From Pyrodictiaceae archaeon (GTDB taxonomy: Archaea; Thermoproteota; Thermoprotei_A; Sulfolobales; Pyrodictiaceae): a stretch of DNA of 64,000 nucleotides. The notes below the pieces were generated by a model. That model was not told where the DNA came from, made no database searches, and saw only the letters and a list, made by a program, of their open reading frames with translations. A program made the translations under genes and the position numbers. The stretch covers positions 64,001 through 128,000 of the forward strand of contig JALVSY010000030.1 of assembly GCA_027036135.1 (NCBI GenBank), read 5' to 3'. Below are positions 19,795-29,495 of this stretch, one piece after another (the first letter of the stretch is position 1; every line of letters starts with the position of its first letter).

Positions 19795-20227
19795 ATGCTT
19801 CTCCGCCCTCGTACACTATTTTTACATCTGCGTAGCTCTTGCCGCCGAGGTTACAGGTTATTGTCGCTGCTGCGTAGTATGGGAGTACTATGTTATGCGG
19901 TATCAGTGTTTGGCCATTGTTTAGGCTTAGTGTGCACTTGTCGCTCCACAGGGTATTGTTAATGTATATGTCGTATAGTTTTACCGGAGTGTTATCGGTT
20001 ACTATTACTACGTGGAGCACGCCATTACTATCTATATAGGCTAGGGCTATTGTGAGATCTTGCCTCGACTCTATGGTTGTTTTTATCAGCTGTTGTTCTG
20101 CTAGTTGCTGCGCGGTATAAGTGTTCTCAATTATCCTTGAGATTACTAGGGCTCCGACGCCAAGCACTATTATAGCTAGCAGTGCTGCTGAGACGTACTC
20201 GCTTATTCCTCGCAGAGGCCTCCGCAC
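19772..20227 (-). CDS. archaeal type IV pilin-like protein
   Basis: MRRPLRG|ISEYVSAALL class III signal peptide; DIYIN motif. Confidence 0.8.
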   Translation of the reverse strand: MRRPLRGISEYVSAALLAIIVLGVGALVISRIIENTYTAQQLAEQQLIKTTIESRQDLTIALAYIDSNGVLHVVIVTDNTPVKLYDIYINNTLWSDKCTLSLNNGQTLIPHNIVLPYYAAATITCNLGGKSYADVKIVYEGGEAYASAKKI

Positions 20228-20400
20228 CTTACCATCCCTCAGCAGGCTACTTGAGGGTCAAGCGCTAGTTTATGCATTGTTTGCTCCTATGTGTTTCTAG
20301 GAATAGTTTTGTGCTATTATACGACTATCGCTCCTGGAGCTACGTGGTTTCATCGTAAGCTTCTTAACCCTCCGAGCATGTAGTCTGTCCCTACATGGCT

Positions 20401-20479
20401 GCGGCGGTCGTCTAGCCTGGACTAGGACGCCGGCCTGCCAAGCCGGAGATCCCGGGTTCAAATCCCGGCCGCCGCACCA
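20401..20479 (+). tRNA. tRNA-Gly(GCC)
   Basis: Cloverleaf, anticodon loop CT-GCC-AA, CCA encoded. Confidence 0.96.
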
Positions 20480-20633
20480 ATCTCCTCGTATTACTTCGCT
20501 CCTGCAAGAGTTATGTCATGTACTGAATCCCGTGCACCTATACACATCCTAGCGCTATTTACTCTAGTTCCGAAGAAGTCGAGACATATACATATCCTGA
20601 ATTGTTCCTAGGAGAGTTACAGGGTGCACTTAG

Positions 20634-21110
20634 TTAATTGTGACGTGCTTTGGGCCAGTTGTTGCGAACAAATCTTTCCCGGTGTTCTTTTCGGAAAACA
20701 TAGCGTATACCGTAGCGTTTCTTAAACGGGAGGCGGAGAGCCTCGATAAGCAGGCGGAGCCAATGGTGACGGGGCTCTTTTTCCTTCGGCGATAAAGCAC
20801 CGGTAGGGCAGGCTTGGACGCAGAGCATGCAGCGCTTACATAGCTCTGGATGAACCATTACTGGTCTATACCTTATGGTTTCCTTTCCGAGTCCTAGTAG
20901 CTTGACTCTCATTGGCCTAGTTTCCCATATTTTGTCCCCGTAGGGGCAGGCAGAGATACACTCATCGCCTCCGCCGCATGTTGGGTAATAGATTACGAAC
21001 GGTGTATTCTCGCGCATATATTGGTAGTAGTATCGCCAACTAGGCACTTCTTCCCTGTCTCCCAAGACCGCCCAGCCTCCATAGGAAACCATCGTGCTGG
21101 AGGAGTGCAA
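20634..21110 (-). CDS. 4Fe-4S dicluster ferredoxin-like protein
   Basis: CGGGDECISACP and CKRCMLCVQACP. Confidence 0.85.
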   Translation of the reverse strand: MHSSSTMVSYGGWAVLGDREEVPSWRYYYQYMRENTPFVIYYPTCGGGDECISACPYGDKIWETRPMRVKLLGLGKETIRYRPVMVHPELCKRCMLCVQACPTGALSPKEKEPRHHWLRLLIEALRLPFKKRYGIRYVFRKEHRERFVRNNWPKARHN

Positions 21111-21465
21111 CTATTAAGTCTTCTCAAGAAAAGAGGAGCTTCGTTATCGTCTATTAAACTGCATTAATTGCTGAAAATAACTAATGACGGGGTGAGGAGC
21201 CTTCCTCCCTGTCGTTACGTATAGGAATGCTGTGCTAATGTAATGCTAGGTACCTATAGCTTATCTAGGCCCTATTCTTCGGTTTGCCAAGACGATAATT
21301 TATGGATGACGAAATAGAATATGCGCGCCGGGTAGGCCTAATAAAAATATTATACGCGCGGCATGAAAGACTATGGCTACTCGCATCGTCCTATATCTTT
21401 CAATCACCGAGCCTAAGTACTACCTAGTAATGTATTGGTCACGTATTCTTCACTTACTAGTTTCC

Positions 21466-22122
21466 TTACGACTGATGAATAGGGTCTCTATGCAATACGC
21501 TAATTAGCGTTCTGCATCCTTTTCCTAGTCTCGCAAAGAGCGTTTTGTAATAGTCCTCGAGGCTTTGTGACACTATTATTAGGTGTGGTAGCCGTGTGTC
21601 CAGGCAGCTCGCCATTATTGCTCCGAGCTCGTATTGGCGGATAGTGCTTGGCTCATTGTCTATGAGCATATTTATTGTTAATACTTCTTTGTGCTTTGTT
21701 GTAAGTACTATGTCGTGGAGATAACTTGTACCTGTTGAGCCAGTTACTAGGCTGGATACTTGATGTTCGAGGCCAAGGCCTCTAGCTGCCTTCATTACCG
21801 CGGCGTAGGCGTTCTCCTTTGCTCCTTCCTGTCTTGTTTCGCTCTCAATGCCTAGTCCTCTCTGGAGTACGCGTAGTAGTGAGAGAAAGAATGAGCCCTT
21901 GCGGGTTATGTTGTATAGGCATACGCCTCTGCTACAAGTTGTCTCTAGTAGGCCTAGCCTGTGAAGCCTTGTGGCTAGGCGTGAGAAGCTCTGAGGGTTT
22001 AGGTTCGCGAGGTGCATTAGCCTTGTCTTGCGTATGGGGCCTTTATGGCTAAGTATCGACAGTATGTCACCTACTATGATGAGGACGTCTCTGCGGCGTG
22101 ATCGCGTCATTTTCTTGTACAA
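21466..22122 (-). CDS. winged-helix regulator with a C-terminal restriction-endonuclease-like domain
   Basis: RR....IV.DIL, KT.LM..ANLN, Y.IT.KG..FL; C-terminal VTGSTGTSY.HDIV. Confidence 0.75.
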   Translation of the reverse strand: MYKKMTRSRRRDVLIIVGDILSILSHKGPIRKTRLMHLANLNPQSFSRLATRLHRLGLLETTCSRGVCLYNITRKGSFFLSLLRVLQRGLGIESETRQEGAKENAYAAVMKAARGLGLEHQVSSLVTGSTGTSYLHDIVLTTKHKEVLTINMLIDNEPSTIRQYELGAIMASCLDTRLPHLIIVSQSLEDYYKTLFARLGKGCRTLISVLHRDPIHQS

Positions 22123-22260
22123 CTCCTGGATGGATAGGGTCTACGGATATGGAGATGTATTGTAAAAATACTGGGTATCCGTTTATGTCTTTGTATCTCT
22201 TAGCTATTTATTAGAGTTGTGTACTGGGGCTACGCAATGTATAAAAGACTCCTCCAAGAC

Positions 22261-23256
22261 TCATTGATTATCTTCCTTATCCGTACTTGTTTTTGCGCAG
22301 AGGAAGAGCCTCGCTATAGGTGTACAGGCTAGTCCTTCTTCTCGGCTGAGCAATAGTGGTTGACCTGTTCTCTCCGCTAGTCTCGCTACGTCTTGGATAC
22401 CCGTTGCCTCGACGTAGTCTCTTGGAGGTGTTTTTAGCTCTATTACCGGGACTGTTAGTGATTCTAGGATCTCTACTGGGGTTCTTCGGTGCGCTCGGGC
22501 GTAGAGCACTGAACCCGTTAATGCCAGGGCTATTCCAGCAGAGAACGCTGCTAGTAGCAGCTTCCTCGTCGCTGTTGTGTCCCGTATTTGGTTGCCCTGA
22601 CTGGTTGTTGCTGGGAGTGTTATTGTTTCTGTTCCTTGGCTACTGGTGACTGTTACTTTGTAGAGGGGCTCGTTGTACCCCAGGCTTATCTTTATTGAGG
22701 GGTTCATCGTTATCGTCTTGTTCGCTATTCTTGTGGCTGCCTCTAGTCTTACTTCGAGGCTCATATCGGTTGTCACTGGTAGCCCGGTCTCGCGTAGCAG
22801 CTTTAGTGAAGTGTTTCTCGCTTCCCCTAGTCCTAGGTCTACGATTATCCTTGCTCCCGGGGCTAGTGCTCCCTTGGTCACGTTTAACTTCACTGAGAAG
22901 GGGCCTATGTTTAACTGCCTCGTCAACGTATAGTGTATGTCCCGTGCCCCTATACTTGGCGGCATCTTTAGCTCTAGCTTGAATATGCCATAGGCTCTAT
23001 GCAGGAGTTTTACTGGTAGCGCTCCCTGGGATAGTATCTCAGCCGTACCGTTGGGGTATATGAGGCTCTTCTCTGTCACCGCGTAGAGGCTTGCCTGTGC
23101 AGAGTACCGGAGAGTAACGGTGTTGTTGCTCTGGGCTGTTGCAGTGGCTGGCTTACTCGTGACTAGGAGACCCGTAGCAGCGAAGGCTGCTATGCCTAGC
23201 CCGAGGAGTATCAATGCTATTGCTACTGTGTAAGTGGCTGGTCTTTTCCCAGACAA
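22261..23256 (-). CDS. membrane-anchored accessory protein of the SipW cluster (DUF5305-like)
   Basis: N-terminal signal/TM, beta-rich ectodomain, second TM, cytoplasmic tail DVARLAE..GQPLL. Confidence 0.6.
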   Translation of the reverse strand: MSGKRPATYTVAIALILLGLGIAAFAATGLLVTSKPATATAQSNNTVTLRYSAQASLYAVTEKSLIYPNGTAEILSQGALPVKLLHRAYGIFKLELKMPPSIGARDIHYTLTRQLNIGPFSVKLNVTKGALAPGARIIVDLGLGEARNTSLKLLRETGLPVTTDMSLEVRLEAATRIANKTITMNPSIKISLGYNEPLYKVTVTSSQGTETITLPATTSQGNQIRDTTATRKLLLAAFSAGIALALTGSVLYARAHRRTPVEILESLTVPVIELKTPPRDYVEATGIQDVARLAERTGQPLLLSREEGLACTPIARLFLCAKTSTDKEDNQ

Positions 23257-23285
23257 CTCAGTTCAACACACAGTGGATTGAATGG

Positions 23286-23333
23286 TTCCCCGGGAAACGC
23301 TAACTGAGAAAAACAAGAGCTGGGTCCCGGGGA
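23286..23333. repeat. intergenic inverted repeat (hairpin)
   Basis: GTTCCCCGGGA ... TCCCGGGGAAC. Confidence 0.7.
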
Positions 23334-23389
23334 ACGATCTCCAGGGATATACTCGTGGTAGCTATTATTCAATTTTCCGGCTCTCCATG

Positions 23390-24610
23390 CTATGTTACTA
23401 CTCTCTCACGGAGTGAACGTACAAGAGCTGGGAGCATTATCAGTGCTATGATTGTTGCTAATAGTAGCATTTGCGCAGCAAATACGTCTCCTCCTAGGAT
23501 CCTTGCAACCGTTATTAGTGGTAGGCCCGCATAAGGTATGCGAAGATATAGCTTGCCTAGAACTTGTCTCGTAGTTATCGGGTTATCTGGTGCATTATTC
23601 GCATCGCCTTTTGTCACTAACTGGTTCCTAGTAACGTTGATTACTCTGTGAAGAATTATCATCCCAGAGTACTTGTAGGCTACCACATCACCAACACGTG
23701 GTTCTTGCTGGATCTTCTTCACAACCACTATGTCTCCTATCCTTATACTGGGCTCCATGCTCCCGCTGAGTACTATCATTGGCCAGTATCCTTTCCAGAG
23801 CACGAGGAGGAAAAGGAAAACCGCTAGCGCGGTTGCTATGATGGTTCCGGGCCCAACATTCCTCTCCCCGGTGTTGCCACGTATCAGCGCTACACGCGAA
23901 CTCGTATAGAGCACTATTAGCATTGATGGAAGCATTACTAGGAAACTAGACAAGGCCGACGGAAGGTAGGGAAGGAGAGGAGAAACCATTACGGGGAGCC
24001 TTATTCCAAGCACGTAGCCTATAGCCAGGCTCCTAGAGCCGTACCGTAGCAGCGTAATGGTACTAGCAAGGAGAGAGAAGAGAGCAACTAAGCCCAAACC
24101 AGTATTCATCAGCACTTGTCTATTAGCTCCAAGACCTATTTCGGAGACATTGACAAACATGTCGAGAAATACTAAGAAGCCAAGCAAGCCAAGCAGTAAC
24201 CGTCTCACCCCATGAGTTCCTCGGCTAAGCAACTCACCCAATCCCATGACGGCTACCACTATTAGAGGCGCATCCATAGCGAAGTTAAGCAAGCCAGTAA
24301 CAATACCTGGCGCATAGCTATTAACCGCGAACCCATTGATTAGCGCAAAGGCAACTAACAAGCTATACCATAGACTAAGAGCGGTCATAACCGCTGCCGA
24401 AAGCTCCTTTCCAAGAGGGGCCGCACTTCCTCGATGACTATGAAGTAGAAGCGCTAACAACATTGTGGCTAGGAGAGCCTCTAGGAGCCTAGGATAACCA
24501 AGCAGATTTACGCCTAGAAGGACATTACTCACTAAGACAAATTCTGCGCTAGCCAACGCTACTATAGCAAGACGCATTACCACTTCATTATGGCCCATGA
24601 GCATTCCCAC
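23390..24610 (-). CDS. sipW: SipW-type (S26B) signal peptidase with a multi-TM N-terminal extension
   Basis: VLSGSMEP, GDIV, ILHRV, TKGDAN..PD, IPYAG; about 8 N-terminal hydrophobic helices. Confidence 0.88.
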   Translation of the reverse strand: MGMLMGHNEVVMRLAIVALASAEFVLVSNVLLGVNLLGYPRLLEALLATMLLALLLHSHRGSAAPLGKELSAAVMTALSLWYSLLVAFALINGFAVNSYAPGIVTGLLNFAMDAPLIVVAVMGLGELLSRGTHGVRRLLLGLLGFLVFLDMFVNVSEIGLGANRQVLMNTGLGLVALFSLLASTITLLRYGSRSLAIGYVLGIRLPVMVSPLLPYLPSALSSFLVMLPSMLIVLYTSSRVALIRGNTGERNVGPGTIIATALAVFLFLLVLWKGYWPMIVLSGSMEPSIRIGDIVVVKKIQQEPRVGDVVAYKYSGMIILHRVINVTRNQLVTKGDANNAPDNPITTRQVLGKLYLRIPYAGLPLITVARILGGDVFAAQMLLLATIIALIMLPALVRSLRERVVT

Positions 24611-24709
24611 GCTTATTAAAACTAGGGGTATCGATTTAGGAAAGAGGGAAGGAGCACCCTCCTTCCCGGGAACAAAACTCTCATTGACTATGTATTAGTT
24701 AGCACTGTG

Positions 24710-25405
24710 TTATCGCGGTGTTGGCGTGCTGTATTCGTTCCATTGGACTGCTTGGAGTAGTACTAGGAAGTTCAGTGTCGTGCCCTGCGGGGCTGATTGT
24801 AGTACTGTTAGGTCTAGGCTTATGTCTGCACATTGGCCTGGATGTAACTGTGTGCCGAAGTTATCTCCCCACCATATGGTTATGTCTGGTGATGTATCGT
24901 TATTTAGATCTACTTCCACGCCCTGGTTCAGTTCTTGCTCGTTTAGCTCATAGTAGTACTGGCCATCTACTTGTACTCTCCATATCTTTATTGGTATAGT
25001 GCCATCGTTACACACCTTGAATTCTATATGAGTATAATACCATGGATACACATTAACAAGTGTAATGTTTAGTGCGTCATAGTCGCCATCACCGTCAGTG
25101 TCTACTAGTGTTACGTTAGTGCATCCGACATCCTTGCCTTCGGGCGGTGATAGTTGCTCTGCCCCTGGTTGCGGATAGTATGATGCGTTCCAGTCATAAC
25201 CTCCGCTCTGGCCATAGCCTGGCTGCAACCCACATGCATCTAGAAGTATTAGTGAACCATTCTGTGTAGCGAAGTCAACTTCACCAGTATTTGCTACTCC
25301 GTTTACTTTGAGTGTCTGGCTCCACATTGAGTACGCTAAACCGATCGATACTATCATTATTGCTGCTACTGCTAGTGCTATGCTCATTCCTCTACTTATG
25401 TACAT
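24710..25405 (-). CDS. TasA/AbpA-like SipW-processed filament subunit 1
   Basis: Signal ending GLAYS|MWSQTLKVNG.ANTGEVD; N.YP.Y, N.GTIP.K, C-terminal QWNE; DTDGDGD acidic loop. Confidence 0.8.
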   Translation of the reverse strand: MYISRGMSIALAVAAIMIVSIGLAYSMWSQTLKVNGVANTGEVDFATQNGSLILLDACGLQPGYGQSGGYDWNASYYPQPGAEQLSPPEGKDVGCTNVTLVDTDGDGDYDALNITLVNVYPWYYTHIEFKVCNDGTIPIKIWRVQVDGQYYYELNEQELNQGVEVDLNNDTSPDITIWWGDNFGTQLHPGQCADISLDLTVLQSAPQGTTLNFLVLLQAVQWNEYSTPTPR

Positions 25406-25552
25406 GACTTATCCAACTCACATAGTTACGAGGGATCTATGCCCTGGGTTAAGAGCAGAGAGGCTTGCCTCCTCTCATGCTCTGAGTCTTGGTGGAAAAA
25501 TCTTGTACCAGTTGCTTACTTTCATATTTATTGACTAGCCTTCTATGCTACG

Positions 25553-26104
25553 TTACGGGCCTGTTACTTCGTTCCACTGAGCAAATGTCAATGTTACCGT
25601 GAAGCTATAGGATGCGTTCTCGTCTGCGCTCTGGGGCACGAATACTGAGATCTGGTATGTGCTTGTCTCATCTGGGTGCATCTGGGTTGATGTCGGTGTG
25701 ACTAGGTTTACTTGTAGTGGGTCGTCGGCCACGACTGATGAGTTGTATAGCTTAACCGGTATTGTACCTATATTTGTTATGTTTAAGGTTATTACTGGGT
25801 TGTAGCCTGGGTACGCGTTGTTTATCGTTATGTTTAGGGTTATGGCGTTGTTATCTGCGTCTACCTCTGCTACTTCTATGTTGCAGCCAGCTACGTCCTT
25901 GTTCTCCTCGTTATGGAACGTTGAGTTCGGTAGTTATGGATCAGCTCCATTATCGCTGCAGCTCCAGCCAGTAAACGCTACTTTTACTTCGCCAGTATTG
26001 ACAACGCCGTTTACCTTTATTGTCTCGCTCCACATCGAGTAGGCTCCTATTATTGACGCTAGCATTACTCCTACAATGGCTAGTCCAAATATAGCTGCTT
26101 TCAT
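25553..26104 (-). pseudogene. TasA/AbpA-like filament subunit 2 with in-frame TAA at 25934-25936
   Basis: MKAAIFGLAIVGVMLASIIGAYSMWSETIKVNGVVNTGEV...DP*LPN...NAYPGY...NIGTIPVK...AQWNEVTGP; absent from the ORF track. Confidence 0.85.
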
Positions 26105-26233
26105 GATGTTTCAGCCCACTTTTTGTCATGTATAGAAAGTGTTGACCTGAATATAAATAGGTTCTACATTAAGAGAAAATATTAGCTCTATAGATTACCA
26201 GTATATATGCCGAGTACATAGCACGTGTAATGA

Positions 26234-27574
26234 TTAGCGCAATATAATAACTATATCGTTAACATTAATTCCTGTATAGCCTCCTGTATCAACAATACTC
26301 CTTATTGCCAAGAAGAACCCATAGCTATCATTGTCGTTGAGGTACCTGGTGATAGAGAGCCCCTTCCTCGCAGCCTCCCTCGCCACGATGTTGTCTATTA
26401 CCGCGCCCGCTACCGGGCTAACTCCGTCAACTCCATCCGTCCCCATGCAAAGCGCTGTGTATCCTGGCTCCTCGCCTAGGCTGGTTGTTGCACCGAGTAT
26501 CGCTAGGCATAGCTCCTGGTTTCTACCACCGACACCTCTCCCTCGAACAGTTACCGTTGTCTCGCCCCCGAGTAGGACAGCTTCCCTTCTTCCTAGCTCC
26601 TCTGCTATGCCTGCAACCAGCCCTGCTACCTGGCGTGCCTCGCCGCGCACCCTACTAGTCAGCACAATTGCCCTATACCTCATTAATACTAGGTAGTCCC
26701 TTGCTGCCTCTAGGACGTCTCGGTTACGAGCAACAATCTTGCTCTCAACGTGGATGTCTCGTCGAGGAGCTGGTCTCTTCTCAGCAGCTTTTCGTAGCAG
26801 AGGTATGTACTTATCTAGCCCGTATCGCTTCAGTATATTTTCCGCTTCAGCGAGCCCTGGTTTACACCAGGGTACTGTTGGGCCCGAAGCTATGTAGCAA
26901 AGATCGTCTCCTACGACATCGCTCATAACTAGGTTAACAAGCGTGTCTACCCTGGTGTAGCTGAGCAATCCACCAGCCTTTGTGCAGGAAAGCAGTGATC
27001 TCACAGTATTCAGCTCGTAGATACTGGTTCCTCTCTTCATGAGCTCCCTTGTTAGCTCTGCTATCTCCTCGATGCTGCCTGTGCATGGTTTCTCTACGAG
27101 CGCGCTCCCGCCCCCGGATACGAGGAATAATAACGCCGCGCCTGGAGGAACCGCTTGGAGAAACTCTATGAGCTTCTCGGCGGCCTCTACACTACGCTGC
27201 GAGGGCAACGGGTGATCAGAATGATATACCTCTATAGGACCCGGTGATGAGGGAAAGCCCCTAGGCGTTACCACTAAGCCTGCCTCTACTCGCTCTGGAA
27301 TAGTACTCAGTACTGCCTGGGCCATGGTATAGGCTGCTTTTCCCAGCCCAGCCACATATACCGGCCTATCGCCCAGGATTCCCCTTAGACTCTTGAGCGC
27401 CTCAGGAACAGTATTGCAGGGGTAGACTCTACGTAGGCCGTGCTCTGCTGCACCTAGTATTAGTCTGCGTTGCTCTGTTACGCCTAGCTCGTCACTGTTC
27501 TTTATGAATCGGCCTGGTACACTGCACTCAGCTCTGTTCATGCCCTGGATGCCTCCCCGAGGCTCTTTATCCAC
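26234..27574 (-). CDS. glycerate 2-kinase (MOFRL family)
   Basis: GKAA, HPLP, SGGGSAL, SDVVGDD..IASGPT, GGETTV, GGRNQE, TDGVDG, TG.NVND. Confidence 0.93.
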   Translation of the reverse strand: MDKEPRGGIQGMNRAECSVPGRFIKNSDELGVTEQRRLILGAAEHGLRRVYPCNTVPEALKSLRGILGDRPVYVAGLGKAAYTMAQAVLSTIPERVEAGLVVTPRGFPSSPGPIEVYHSDHPLPSQRSVEAAEKLIEFLQAVPPGAALLFLVSGGGSALVEKPCTGSIEEIAELTRELMKRGTSIYELNTVRSLLSCTKAGGLLSYTRVDTLVNLVMSDVVGDDLCYIASGPTVPWCKPGLAEAENILKRYGLDKYIPLLRKAAEKRPAPRRDIHVESKIVARNRDVLEAARDYLVLMRYRAIVLTSRVRGEARQVAGLVAGIAEELGRREAVLLGGETTVTVRGRGVGGRNQELCLAILGATTSLGEEPGYTALCMGTDGVDGVSPVAGAVIDNIVAREAARKGLSITRYLNDNDSYGFFLAIRSIVDTGGYTGINVNDIVIILR

Positions 27575-27663
27575 GTCGAGACCGTTTACATAGGCTCCTC
27601 CGTCATGAGAGAGGCACGGGTTTTCTACTACCTTGTTCTTATCATTCCCCGAGGAGACGGTTC

Positions 27664-28639
27664 ATGGAGTACACGGAGCTAGGTAGGACTGGGCTACGGG
27701 TCTCGCGGATAGGGCTGGGCGCCTGGCAATTCACGGAGGCTTGGGGCCTAACGGAGTATGCTAAGGCCCGCGAGGTCGTGAAGAGAGCACTTGAGCACAG
27801 GATAAACTTCTTCGATACCGCTATGGTGTACGGGCTTGGCATGAGCGAGACCTTTCTCGGAAGAGCACTAAGAGAGGCAGGTGCTAAGCGCGATGAGATC
27901 GTGGTCTCAACCAAGATTCCCGGCGAGTTCCTCAACCCAGGCGACATCTACAAGGCCATTGAGAAGAGCTTGAAGAACCTCGGCTTCAGCTACGTCGATA
28001 TATTGCTTGCTCACTGGCCCCCCTGCTGGCACAACTTCCCTACATGCGAGTATGCGAGAGCGCTTGAAAAAGCTAGTAGAGCTCGGCAAGGTAGGCTACC
28101 TAGGCCTAAGCGACTACCCCGTCGAACTCATCGAGGCGTTTCGACACTGCCTGGCAAGGCACGATGTACAGGTGCTGCAGCTGCGCTACAACCTGGTTGA
28201 GAGATGGGCTGAGAAGCAGCACATACCCTATGCTGAGAGGCACGACATGAGCGTACAGGCTTGGAGCCCGATAGCTAAGGGAGCGTTAACGGGCAAGTAC
28301 GAGCTAGGTAAGCTCGAGTTCCAGGACATTAGGGCCCGGGAACCAATATTTCACCCAGAGAACTACTCCAAGGTGTGAAGACTGGTTGAGCTTCTAAGAG
28401 AGATAGGGAAAAGGTACAACAAGAAGCCAGTACAGGTAGCGCTTAACTGGCTAATAATGAGTAGCCCTGCTGTAATACCAATACCTGGCGCAAAGAGACC
28501 CGAGCAAGTAGATGACCTGGTAGGAGCAACCGGGTGGAGACTAAGCTATAGTGATTGGCGCCTACTAGAGGAGGAGTCTAGGCGGATAGAGATTAGCTAC
28601 TCGGTGTTTTACCGGGAGAAAAAGACCGAGATAAAGTAG
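27664..28639 (+). pseudogene. aldo/keto reductase disrupted by a frameshift and a stop
   Basis: FFDTA.VYG, STK, HWP; frameshift at the A5 run 28067-28071; TGA at 28376-28378; C-terminal PIPGAK. Confidence 0.88.
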
Positions 28640-28676
28640 GAGGCCATGGAGCAGTAGCTATATTGGATAATTCTAT

Positions 28677-29402
28677 CTATACGGATCCATGCTTTATTTT
28701 TACCTCTAAGAGGCCGCGTAGCTTGGCCCCATAGTCCGGTGGAAGCGCATGACCCTTCTCACTATAGAGTTTCAACACGTAGCCCTCATAGCCACGGAAC
28801 ATGGTAAGCATCGAGCGTAGCTCCCAAGGCTCTGGCGCACCACTTAGAACAATTACCTTGGCAGACGGTGCCTCGGCGCCCATGGTTTCCCCGAGCCCGA
28901 TGCGCTCCTCTAAGCCGAGGCTACGAGCAAGAAACACGGCCTCTTCAACACCGCCGGCATATGCGCGGTGAACAAAGGCATCAACAAGAGCTACGCGATA
29001 GCAACGCTCATCGCTCCTATGGAACCCGCCTGGGGAAGCACAGCGACCATAAATTTCCAGGAAAGCTATCCGGGACCCAGCTGCCTCGATATCAATGCCG
29101 GCATCGCTTAGGGCGTGTCTCATCCAGGGTGGTGCACGCCTACCCGACCCTGTATAGACCTTGCCGCCGTACACTATGGCTAGGTAGCCATCGAGCTTAG
29201 ACTCTAATATAGCCTCGCCACTGACTACTAGTCTCCTCTTTCTAGTGAGTCGCTTATACTCTGAGAGCGTTATGACTGGATGTAGCCGGGCCAAACGCTC
29301 CCTATCCCATTTAGAGCTATCAGCGCTCTTCCCAGAGCCCTTAATATCATTAATCGAGAAAAATAGTGCCGGGTATGCTAGTACCTTCTTTTCGGCTCTC
29401 AC
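28677..29402 (-). CDS. ATP-dependent RNA-ligase-like nucleotidyltransferase (core domain only)
   Basis: Motif I ESKLDG, motif III FLEIYG, motif IV EGYVLK, motif V VKIK. Confidence 0.75.
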   Translation of the reverse strand: MRAEKKVLAYPALFFSINDIKGSGKSADSSKWDRERLARLHPVITLSEYKRLTRKRRLVVSGEAILESKLDGYLAIVYGGKVYTGSGRRAPPWMRHALSDAGIDIEAAGSRIAFLEIYGRCASPGGFHRSDERCYRVALVDAFVHRAYAGGVEEAVFLARSLGLEERIGLGETMGAEAPSAKVIVLSGAPEPWELRSMLTMFRGYEGYVLKLYSEKGHALPPDYGAKLRGLLEVKIKHGSV

Positions 29403-29495
29403 GCAGAGACAGAACAGAGTTCACAAAGTAAGGGAAGTGAAGGAAAGAGATGCGACATCCTTTGGGAGAAAACCGAGATGTGTTCCGGAGGAGGC

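Noticed and set aside
23286-23299. GTTCCCCGGGAAAC resembles an ORB box
   Set aside because: It is one arm of a hairpin inside an operon, lacks the conserved central bases and has no adjacent AT-rich unwinding region
25934-25936. Selenocysteine or pyrrolysine readthrough of the internal stop
   Set aside because: The codon is TAA, which neither system decodes
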